A DNA stretch of 62,854 bases, the filler included, from Nemertoderma westbladi (Eukaryota > Animalia > Xenacoelomorpha): the NCBI GenBank assembly GCA_032718475.1. It is 3 parts of 3 records of this genome, joined end to end, with 100 filler letters (N's around TTAATTAATTAA, not from the genome) between each part and the next. Parts side by side here need not be neighbours in the genome. Positions count along the whole stretch, not along the records: positions 31,598 to 56,234 come from JAUCBJ010008620.1; 2 more parts are not named here. One strand, 5' to 3'. Position numbers and translations under genes: made by a program. The notes beneath the pieces are model-generated. The model was not told the DNA's origin. It made no database searches and saw only the letters and a list, made by a program, of their open reading frames with translations. Below, in pieces: positions 37,730 to 49,041 of this stretch; positions within the stretch are counted from its first letter, which is position 1, and the number at the start of each line of letters is the position of its first letter.

Positions 37730-39900
37730 AAACATTCAGAAAGGGCGGCGTTGAGTGAGGTGAATTCGCCGCCCCTCCAAAGGACGCAGTCTACATACTG
37801 GACGCGTAGTTACTGCGAAAACGGTGTTCCCCCCCCCCCCCCCCATTCGACCTATTTTCCGAGGTATGATTTTCTTGATTTTTCGAGGGGGGACGCGTAA
37901 TGCCAAAAAAATAAGATTCTTCAGAGCTTTTAGCGAATCTATCGTTTAGACGGACATGACGGACAATTGTCTGGTTTTTTTGTCTTTTTTTCACTAGGAC
38001 TCTTAAAAAACCTCTATTTGACGCATCCAGTGACACCAAGAATCGAAAGAGGGGGCCTAAATTAGACGTTTCCACCTCTTGGAATACCCCGCCTCCGGGC
38101 TTGTTTTCCTTCTATTGTCCGTCAAAGTTGAAAAAACGGACAAAATGACTTTGCGGGATCCGTAATAACTCGGCTACTATTTATCGTACAGGAACGAAAG
38201 TAACGCGGTTGCAATGATGACGAGTGGGTCTACCTTCGTATCGAATGGGGGTAAGAGATTTATTAAAATTTCGGGTGGAAAAAGGGGCCGTATATTTGTA
38301 CGTTTTTGTCCGTCTTTTTTCGAAATTTTATTTCCGAAATGTTTAATTTGACAACGCGGGTAGGATTCCACTAATTCTTTTTTGAAACTCGTAGAAGACC
38401 ATTGGGGCTACGTTCCTATCGAGTGGGGGTACAACAAATATGTCGACAATAGGGGCCAAAGAGGGCCAGAATAGGAAAAATAGTTTTTATCGAATAATTT
38501 TTTATTTTTCACTTTAGTTGGTTAAGGTACATTTTATACGGTCAATATCGATACGGGGAATTCAAATATGCTATCGGTTTTGCTCCGCGGATGCTATTAA
38601 AAAAATGAGGGCCAAAAATAAAATTTCGCCCTTCAAACTCGCTTCGCGGGAAATCGTCTAGCTCGAAAACTACTTAACTTACGGGAGATTTGTTTACACA
38701 GACTTATAGTGCGTTAACTTATCTATCTATCTAACAGCGTTAGTTACAGCGCATTGGCTGTTATACAACTGGTGCGGCAGACGATCGTGTAAAATAAAAT
38801 GTTTAAAAAAAGGGACGAAAATTTTTTTTTTTAATAAATCGTTACTCTATGATAATTTAGCGTATTGTGCCAAAAGTAGATTTAAAATTTAGCAAATTAC
38901 CTCCGCTATCTTTTTTCTTAACATTTATAATTAAAATTACGAATTTTAAAGGTCGACAAATATCACGTAATTTTGGCCCTTTTTTTTCATTTTTTTTGGG
39001 GCCAAAAATGACCCCCTCTCAAAAGATAGAAAAAAAAATTACGGCAAAGAATATGCCAATTTTATTGAATTTGGACCACCAGAACCGAAGTTAGAGCGAT
39101 TTTAGTGAAAATATAAAAAAAAAATTTTTTTACAAAAAATTAAGAATGGTCAATATTGGATTTCGTCCCCGCGAACTTAGATTTCATTAACCTGATTGAT
39201 AACCACTAGACTATGTGACCAAGTGAATTTGAAATTTTCGAGTGACTATTTTAAAACATCAATAACTTTGGTTCTACTGGGCCGTTTGATCTGAAACTTT
39301 TTTCATTGGATATGGGATAGATTGTAGTGTGTGAAATAGGATACAACTTGGGAAAAGACGCATGTACACTTAGTGCAAAATGCACTTAAATAGTGCACAT
39401 TTTTCGATAATTCAAACAGTATTATTTCAAGTTCTATACATCCTAGAATGTTAGTTTTTGGGTTAAAATGTAGTTTGGAGTGATTTCTAACTATAATCTT
39501 AACATTTGTTTATCTTTTTATGTCTATAAAGTGACTTAAAATGTCCATGAATATGGTCCAAAATCGCAAATGTCGCGATTTATTAAATTGGATTTTTTAC
39601 ACTTTTAGCGACTGACACTTGATCATGCGCCATCGTAGATCGGTAGAGGATAGACATAAGTGTGTTAAATAGGAACCACCTTTAGGTTCCGCTAAAGTGC
39701 ACTTGTGCAAATATGTTTGCAAATGTGCAATTTTTTTTAATAAGGTCAAATTATATAGTATTGGGTTCTTTTCTTTGCAGATACTTTATTTTCATATTAA
39801 TATGTTGTTTTTACAACTGAGCGCATTCTTACTGAGCGCATTAGGGGATATGCGTACAAATAACCGGCCCTTATGAGGCTTCGATTGGGTAAATTAATAA
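37730..39900. mobile_element. Unclassified non-autonomous DNA-transposon-like sequence
   Basis: Non-coding, with internally repeated motifs (e.g. ctac..c.tatcga.tgggggta) in MITE-like style. Termini not identified. Confidence 0.3.
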
Positions 39901-39959
39901 AACATAAGGTTGTATAGTATAATATTCTAAAAACCAGTGTCATATTAAATGCACTTTAA

Positions 39960-42073
39960 CCCTATTAGTACCGTGCTATAAAATGTTGTACAAATACCGG
40001 GGGGGGGGGGGGTCATATTGACCCCCCCCCTTCTAAAATCTACAAATATTTACGAAAACTTCTGATTTTTTGTTTGTACGTAGGTATCACTTGTCTGGAT
40101 CCGACCGAAAAAAAAAATTTTCGAAAAAATGTACTGGGGTGGTTATATTGCAGCACCAAAATTACAAGTAGTGCACAATTTTCACCAAATTTGAAAGTTA
40201 CATTTTCGGCTAATTATTTTTCAATACAGGTTTTCTGGGGTGCAAAATACATTGCAAAATATTAAAAAATGATATGATTACTATAAATGGCTGTTTAGTC
40301 CTCTCTGCGTAAGAAAAAAATGAAAAAAACATGTAACCAGCACTTTTCAGTTAGAACACAAAATTTTTAATTCACTTATACGATGCTATAAATTCACAAT
40401 TTCAGGTTTTCGAGGGCGCTGATTCTAATGGAATACATTTCTAATATGCCAGATCATTGCTACTTGTATTTTTCGGCGTAATTTGGCAAATTTTGGTGCT
40501 AGCGCCAAATTTCGTACCCATCACCAAAAAGTACAAGTTTGCGATGTCCAGTGCTGTTTTTATTGATTCCATCAGATTCAGGACCCTCATAAACCAGACA
40601 GACACAAACCAGAAACAAGGTGATACTATCTACTTATCAATTTGCATATTTTCCAAAATTTGGTGCTGGCACAACAATTTTCACCCACCGGCGAAAAATA
40701 CAAGTTTGAGAACTCTTATGAAATTTTTACTGATTCCATTGAATTCAGAACCATCACAAACAAGGTGACACAATCAATTGATATATTTTATTGTGACGGG
40801 ATCCGAGAGGATCCCGGTTTATCCGGTGTCGTTTATGTACGCGTCAGGCCGCACCATGTGGTTGGAAAAGAGTTTGTGTTGTTCTAGTGTTGTTGTTAAT
40901 GATATAAGATATATATGTGGTACAATGTACAGATGTAGGTACAATAGCAGATAGCGGTAATACACGTTAATAGACCGGTAATATGGGTGACGGCGGCGAC
41001 GGTCTTAATTGTCACCGTACTGCTGTGACTGCACTGAGATAACTGAATGAATGATACACAACTGGTAGTATATATTGCACAGTTGGCCATATTGCTTTAC
41101 CCAGTCGATGCTCCCCCCCCCCTATTGGCTAATAACCCTGTTGGCGCCCTCTGCCTCCCTTGGAGGGCTTCCCTTTGCCCCTGTTGCTCTCTCTCTCTCT
41201 CAGGGGTATAACCCCTGACCCTCATTGTGTGTGTGTGTGCCTTTCTCCTTCCCACTTTGTTGGGGTGACACGAGGTTGATTGCTCACCCTCGTGTTCCCC
41301 AATATTGCTTAACGGCTCACTTTATGGGGTGGTTAGCGGAATTGGATAAGCTAACATTTATGGTTTTCAAAATTTGGTGCTAGCACCACATTTTGTACCC
41401 ACATCCGAAAAATACAAGTTTGAGATGTCTAGTTCGATAATTATATTTTCCATTGAATTCAGAACTGCCATAAACCTCTAAAACGCAAGAAATAAATTGT
41501 CACAAGCAATTTTATCTATTGAATGGATTTTCAAAATTTCGTGCTAGCACCAAAATTTGCACACAGCACCGAAAAATACAAGTTTGATACGCTTGGTGAA
41601 ACTCGTATATATCTCATCGAATCCAGAAACCCAAAAAACCCCAATTGCGTAAAAAATAAGTTTCAAACGATCAATTTACAAAATTGACTTATTTCAAAAT
41701 TTGGTGCTGGCACCAAAATTTGGCACCCACCGAAAAAAACAAGTTTGAAATTTCTAAATCAATTTATATGAATTCCATCAAATTTCTAACTCCAAAAAAC
41801 CGGTGTAAATCAAAAATAGAGATGTTACAATTCATATTTAATGAAATGTAATTTTCAAAAAACGTCTCAAAAAAGTGCCAAAAGTAGGGTTAAAAATGGT
41901 GCTATAACTCGAAAAGTACCCAATATTTTTGAAAACCGTTTTCACTACTAGGAAGACAATAGATTTTTAGGAAAAGTCATAAAATTTCAGATTCCCAACT
42001 GCGTTTGTTTCAGAATTATTCTAAAAAAACCACGAAGGGGTCATATTGACCCCCCCCCCCGGGTTTAATAGGG
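39960..42073 (+). mobile_element. Non-autonomous piggyBac-type element
   Basis: TTAA|CCCTATTA...TAATAGGG|TTAA, subterminal ggggtcatattgacccc palindromes at both ends, and internal ~130-bp-scale repeats. Confidence 0.85.
40792..41356 (-). mobile_element. Solo LTR of the BEL/Pao family
   Basis: TGTGACGGG...GCTAACA flanked by a 5-bp TSD TTTAT on both sides; homologous to the LTR at 47800-48339. Confidence 0.93.
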
Positions 42074-42465
42074 TTAAATAATAAATAGAGATCAAATAAC
42101 AAATGGACCACACAATTAAAAACTCGCACAATTTTGTACTTATTATATCGCTTCAAATTTATTTAACAGTGGATATTTGGGGGAAGGGGGAAGTTACAGT
42201 GTGCATTCGGGGGAAGTTTGGTGAACTGCATTTATGCAGTGAATCCAAACTTCCCCCTTTGATATATCATATACTTAAGACATGCTAGGGTGACGGGGAA
42301 ATATTTGTTACTGTCACACTTTGCTTCCATTTATCCTATCCTTTATTATTACCCCAGTCAGATAAGAGATAATAAATCAGTAAAAACTAAACTAAACTGT
42401 CTTTCATGCAAACAAATTTCTAACTAAAGACGGGTGAATGACCATGACCATGGAAATAATTTTAA

Positions 42466-44274
42466 CCCTTTCCGGCCTGAATTAATTTAATTTAGGAAAA
42501 AAAATTGGTTGATCTTGTTAATGGGTTAATTAAACACCAAATAATAATTTTCGATGAAAAAATTTTCAAAAAATTATTTCCAATGTTGTTTTTTTTATTG
42601 TATACAAAAGTATACGTTAGGTATATGAAACATGTTCCCAATGTATACTTTTGTATACGAACTCTAGATTGTAAGTACTTACATACATAAATCGAGTAGT
42701 AAGTATATTCTCTCTCTCTCTATATATATATATATGTAGAATAAACAAAGCATGCAACGAGCAGGCAATTTTAATTATAAAAATTTAAATTATGTTTTTT
42801 GGTAATAAAAAGCTGTCAATACTGTGAAATTTGCCAAAATGCCAAAATTGTATAATTTTGTGTGTTTTCACAACACGCGTTGTTTAAAAGCAACACAGTG
42901 CGACAATAAAACTTAAAAATGAAGAATTATACAGTGAAGGTTTTTTTCTGTCAGTTTTGTTCAAGTTTGAAAAAAACAGTATTGACTGACTTTTTTCAAT
43001 TGTTTGTATGTCTATCTGCCCTGCCTGTATACTGTGGGTGTACAACATCTACTCCCCAACGGTGGCTGCACCACATCTACTCCCCAATGGTGGCTGAATA
43101 ACATCTACTCCCAAGGCCCAATGGTAAACATCTACTCCATGTGGTGGCTACACCACATCTACTCCGCAATGGTCAACATTTACTCCATTGGTCGCTACAC
43201 CACATCTACTCATCAATGGTCAGCATCTACTCCCCAATGGTGGCTGCACCACATATACTTATCAATGGTGGGTGCGCCAGATTTACTCCCCAATGGTGAC
43301 TGCGACACATCTACTCCCCATTAGTGGCTGCATCAGATCTAATCCCAAGGCCCAATGGTAACAGCGCCACATCTACTCCCAAATAGTGGCTGCATCACAT
43401 CTACTCCCTAATGGTGGGTGTGCTAGATTTACTCCCCAATGGTGACTGCGCCACATCTACTCCCCATTGTGGCTGCATTACATCTACTCCCAAGGCCCAA
43501 TAGTGACTGCGCCACATCTACTCCCCAATAGTGGCTGCATCACTTCTACTCCAAAGGCACAATGGTCAACATCTACTCCCCTATGGTTCTACGCCACATC
43601 TACTCCACAATGGTGACTGCACCACATTTATCCACAATGGTGGCTGCATCACCTCTACTACCCTATGGTCAACATCTACTCCCCATGGTGGCTGCGCCAC
43701 ATCTACACCCCAATGGTCAACATCGACTCCCCTATGGTGGCTGCACCACATCTAGGCCTACACCCCAATGGTGGATGCACCACATCACCCAAACGGTGGC
43801 TGAATCATATCTACTCCCCAACGGTGCTGCACCACATCTACTCCACAACTGTGGCTGCACCACTTCTACTCCCCAACTTTATAAACCTAACGTAGACAAA
43901 TGTATACAGTGAGTTATCAATAACACTACCAGCCTACCTGTACTGTAAAGTTTATCCTGGAAGTATTATTATCTCATTGGACAATCCATCTTTGGAATAC
44001 CCAATCAAAATTCTCAATATCGCTTTGCCAAAGCGTTTAAATAACCATCTTTCCTATACCAGGTAGTCATCATGTCAATACATGAAAACAGGGCATCTAA
44101 AATCGTTCATTGAAGCCTTCTACTACAATTATCCAATCAGAATCGGTAATTTCTAAATAAAGGAAGTGTGATAGTGCCACAATTGGATGAAACCAACTAT
44201 AATTAGTTAAAATTATGCAATCCGTAGTGAAATAAATTCAGTGTATACAAAAATATACAGTCGGCCGGAAAGGG
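42466..44274. mobile_element. Non-autonomous piggyBac-type element carrying a minisatellite
   Basis: TTAA|CCCTTTCCGGCC ... GGCCGGAAAGGG|TTTTAA. Confidence 0.75.
43040..43878. repeat. Minisatellite of mixed ~28-bp and ~21-bp units (CCACATCTACTCCCCAATGGTGGCTGCA)
   Basis: About 30 diverged units; accounts for the ORFs called here. Confidence 0.92.
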
Positions 44275-46399
44275 TTTTAAATATAATTGTATATCAACTA
44301 TTTGGGGAGGCTTCCAAGTTAAACCCGAAAACAATTATTTTGTTACATATATAGTAAATAACGTTGTATGTTCTTCTTCCTCTCATAATAAAATATAAAT
44401 AAAATATCTCAGATCGCTATGCCCTGTAACATTTAACAACCAAAATATTTAAGTGTGAAAAGTGTAGGCCTACCACACACCGCCCAAACAACCGCAAACG
44501 CATAGCCAACAAATTTAACAAAAGGTTACATACATGTCGGGTTCATGATGAGATGAGTGAAAATTGATCGCGTAATATAAAGTAAAAAATTAAGGCTCTC
44601 CTCCACTTTCGTAAACAATGGATATGTTGTTGTAATAATCAAATATTGGGGTGGCTTTCTCTCGTTTAATCTGTTGTTTACATATAACTGGTTTGTATTT
44701 TAATATTGTATATTAAAGTTATTGCAATGGTATATGTTACGAAATATGGCGTTTTTTAACCCGTTACTACAGTATATATTTATACAGTATATCTTACATA
44801 ATCTTGACGCTGAAATTATAAGTTTAAAAAGTTTTACTGTCGTACAGTATTTACAAAATAGCGTTATTGTGCTTGGCATGTTTCTATACATTATTGAATT
44901 AGGAGTGCTTAATTAAGCAATCCAACTTAAAAACACACTAAATTTAATTGGCACATTTCCTGGATTCTGATTGGACGTATCATCAAAAGATGCACCAAGT
45001 TAAATTTAGAATGACACAATTCAATTATCAGATTTGGTACCAATAACTGATTTGCACGTTTTGTTACTTTACCGTTGTATTAGTATGCAGTACTGCTTAG
45101 TAATTTGACTGATGTATTTGAAACTGCATGTTGCTATTTGGTTAATTTCATAAAACATACTTTGCTGCGATTAATTAAACTGTCTGAAGATTATGTAATC
45201 TTATTGATTAAATCACTTGATTGTTGGACTGTCAGACTGTTTTATTTTAATTATGCGCTTACGCAATGCGATCCATTAGTATGTTAGGCTAAGGGACACA
45301 CGGGGCGCACGGGGCGCACGGGACACACGGGGCGCACTGCCGGGAAATCGATGAGTGAGCAATATGGGATCTAGCCGCATGGAAAGGCAGCGATCGAGCG
45401 ACGAGAGAGCGATATTCAACACAAACAGATACAGAGACTCCTGGTTAGCCCAAGGCAGTAAAGTAAGGCAGTATTTAGATTCTGTGTCCTCTTCAGCTGT
45501 TTCGGGTGGGTAAAATTAGAGGTAATCTGTAGGTTCTTAAGCTAATGTCGTACTACTGACACTAATGCTGTATGGCTGGCTTAAATGTTGTATTGTTGGG
45601 TAAAGTCTGTTATTTGTTGTAATGTTGCAAAACTGGCGATAATCGCTATTTCTGTTTCCTTTCCACTCACTTCACAGTTTTCTATTTCCTGATCTTGTTT
45701 GATCAATCTTGTTTGAATAGTAAAATAGGGCAAATTTAATACAGTATATTAGGCCTATACTATGTAAATCAGTAGAGTAACTATAGATAGTATTACGAAT
45801 TCTGGAATACAAATTAAATTAGTTAGCAATTTGTATAAATCAATTTAGTGTAGCCCCATACAATTTAGGTAAGTCAGGAAAGTAAGCTGCATAGTGGAGA
45901 ATGGGCTAGATTGTTGTATTTGAAAATAATTATAACAACTATTCTATAAATTAGGTGGTTGTCCATTAAAGGGGGGGGGGGGGGGGATTCGCGAGTTTAT
46001 AGACCATAGGCAGTAAACCCACTGACCTAAAGTAAGTACATGCAAGGCAGAATTACCTAATATCCAGACCCAGACCTAATATCCATTACCGCATGCTTTA
46101 ATTTGATATAATTAAAATATTCTCCAAACAAATATTCGATTGCCTAGTGAACTACATCGTCCTTACCAGTTACCAGACGGACTTAGTGTTTATGATTACC
46201 TGCACTCGTTTTTGAAACTTAGGAAGTCGAAACAGGTTATTATTTTAGTTAGCCTGTGTTCAGCTTGGTTTGAGTGATAAGAATACATCGGGTTTTGATA
46301 TTGCGATAAGAGTAATTGCGTGAATGTATTACTACGGTAGTATATTTGTGTATTTATGGACAGTAAGAACCTATTATTAATTAGTTTGTTTGCTAATGT

Positions 46400-47400
46400 T
46401 AGTGGATCCAATTCGCTGCACCACCAAGAGGAAAATGGGGAAAGGGGATGATTTACGAATCATGATTGGATATGCGATATTACCAATATAATATCTCATA
46501 CCATAGGCACCAAGGCAATATACATTGGCAGCTAGAGAGAGATGCTCATCTCAAGGGGAAGCCCCTGCCCCACAGACGTCGATGGGAAATGCACGCAGTT
46601 AGTCAAGTGAACCGGGGCTCCCAACGACGGAAGAGAATAGGGGGAGGGGGGGGGGGGGGGGGGGGCAACAGACGCCCCACAGATGTCAGTGGGAAATGTA
46701 CATGGTGAGTCAAGTGAACCGGGGTTCCCAACGACGGAGGAGAGTAGAAGGGCAGCGAATTTCTACAAGGCCGTACAACCGGGTAGGGGAAGAAACGTTT
46801 GCGCCGCAAGTGGGCAAACAAGGCAGCATCGAACCCATTCGGAGGACGGAAGGAGAACGGTAGAGTTCATCTCGTATAGACCATACGAGATCTCATGAAC
46901 GTAAATATAACACCGGGAGTAAAGGACGTGAGGATAATGATAGGAATAAGCGAGGAAATGTTGCTATGGGCAACCAGAGATGTCGAGTAGGGTTGTACTT
47001 CGGGAGATTGCCGTCGCCCTGGAGGAACACAGCCTGGCGATGTATATTACACACTGGGAGAGGGGTATAAAGTATACCAAGATGAACAGGATGAGAGAAG
47101 AAGGGATTGGAGGGAAACTTCCCGTCGGAACGTAGCTGCAACGATATGATGAATTGACGATATGGTAGTCGTGGGGAGGAGTTCTTGGAATGCTTGAGAA
47201 GATTAAACCACATGCATACAGCAGGACATACTGTAGGTCTAACTGCACATACTATAGGCCATGCTGGTGGATATAGTGAAGGTGATAGGGTGTTGCGAAT
47301 GCCAGACCTGGAATTCTGCGCGGAAGTCGCGGCTTACATACCAGTGAGTAGGCAAGAACCCGTTAAGCCTATACCGGTACCTGCACTCCAGTATGACTAT
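46400..47400 (+). mobile_element. Decayed Gypsy/Ginger-type integrase-region remnant
   Basis: Across frameshifts H..AGH...HYY..MLVDIVKVIGCCECQ...EPVKPIPVP resembles the integrase HHCC zinc-binding region. Confidence 0.45.
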
Positions 47401-47628
47401 AATATGGAAGGATACAACATATACCCAGGGGAGGGGGGGGGGGGTGTATTGCAGATAAGTGTATGGACCCCAATATAATGACATCTATCCCAGTGCAGAA
47501 TATAACACCAGTGGGGAGGGGGACAGGGTAATACACTGTATCCATAATACACTCAACAAAAAAAAATAAAAATTGCAACCCCCTCAGATCCAAGTAAGTC
47601 CTGCGATACCGATATATGGAGGGGACCA

Positions 47629-47799
47629 TTGCGCCATAAAATTCAAATTACTAATAGCACTACATTTTTGGATGTGTATGTAGATAACAATTTAAATTGG
47701 AAACCCCATATAGATTACGTTAAAAATAAAATTTCAAAATTCGCAGGCATTTTCTACAAGCTTCGACATATATTTCCACTAAGACAACTTTATTTTACA
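47629..47799 (+). mobile_element. CR1/L2-type LINE RT C-terminal fragment (target of the LTR insertion)
   Basis: FLDVYVDNNLNWKPHIDYVKNKISKFAGIFYKLRH is cut off at the LTR edge. Confidence 0.75.
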
Positions 47800-48339
47800 T
47801 GTGACGGGATCCAGGAAGGATCCCGGTTTACCCGGTTTGTCAACTCACGCGTCCCCGCCGTGTGTGAAAGATGAAAGAGTTTGTGTTGTTCGTCGTACGT
47901 AATATTCGAGGCGTATAATATAGATATGGATAATAAGATGTGATATATTGTTGTACACTGAAGGCGGGAGATGGTAATTGAAGTCCCGGTACTTCCCTAG
48001 CTAAACTATTACTACTGTAACACCAATAACTAACACTGAGATAACTGAATGAAATGATTACTGCCAACTGGTTATATTGCACGGGTTGGCCTTGTTACTG
48101 TACCTAATCGATGCCTTTCCCCCCTCTGATTGGTTGATGTCCCTATTGGCGCCCTTTGGAGTGTTTCCGTTCACTCCACCTGTTGTCCCTCTGTTAAGGG
48201 TTTGGCCCCTGACCCTTATTGTGTTTCTCCTTCCCATTTTGTTGGGGTGACACGAGTTGTTTGGTTACCCAATCTCGTGGCCCCCAATATTAATGGTTGA
48301 CTTTAAGGGTTTGTGTTAGTGGAATTGGATAAGCTAACA
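47800..48339 (-). mobile_element. 3' LTR of BEL/Pao retrotransposon (540 bp)
   Basis: Minus strand TGTTAGC...CGTCACA, preceded by polypurine tract GGGGGGGAG (48340-48348). Confidence 0.93.
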
Positions 48340-49041
48340 CTCCCCCCCATGCTATCTTCCCGGTGAGAAGATAGCATCCACCTCAAGTGCACTACAATTC
48401 CGCTGGATCCCGATCTATTATCGGGTGTGGGGTGGAACTATTTTCTTTCGGAGCCGGCTTTCCAGGCCGCTCCCTATGGGTATGATATCGCTACCCGTTT
48501 CGCCTGGCGTCCCATGTCGGGCCGATCGTGCGCTCCTCACACGACTTTTGTTTCCCCAACACTTCGCCACTTTAACTCTACTCTGTTCTCACCCTGACTC
48601 TCCTCTACTTCTCCTCACTACTGCTCTAACTCTCGGACTTCCCTGTCCCTCACTCAGCCTCTTATTCCTCCCACACATTTGAATTGCATTCGCAATTTCT
48701 CTGCACTCTGCACTATCACCACTTACTCGACCTCCCTTTGACTACCCCATCCCTTCTAACGAATCTCACTCCCCCTTTGTGCCGTCGCACTCAAGAAATG
48801 TGAAGTCGTCTGGTGTCTCGTCCATAGTACCATAGTCAGTTAGCCCCCCAGTCCCAGTAGCTAATTGAGAAAGGTTGAATGACTATAGTACTTACTTCGA
48901 ACGTATATTTTATTGCTAAACTACTGATTACTACGTACGTACATATAATTGCACTTATTTAATTATTTGCATCAGTTTGAATTTGTACTTAATAGTTCGT
49001 ACGTCCCACGTGGCGCCTTCCAGGCGTACCACATTGAAGTC

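Noticed and set aside
43004-43912. Repetitive Thr/His/Pro-rich ORFs
   Set aside because: Translations of a minisatellite.
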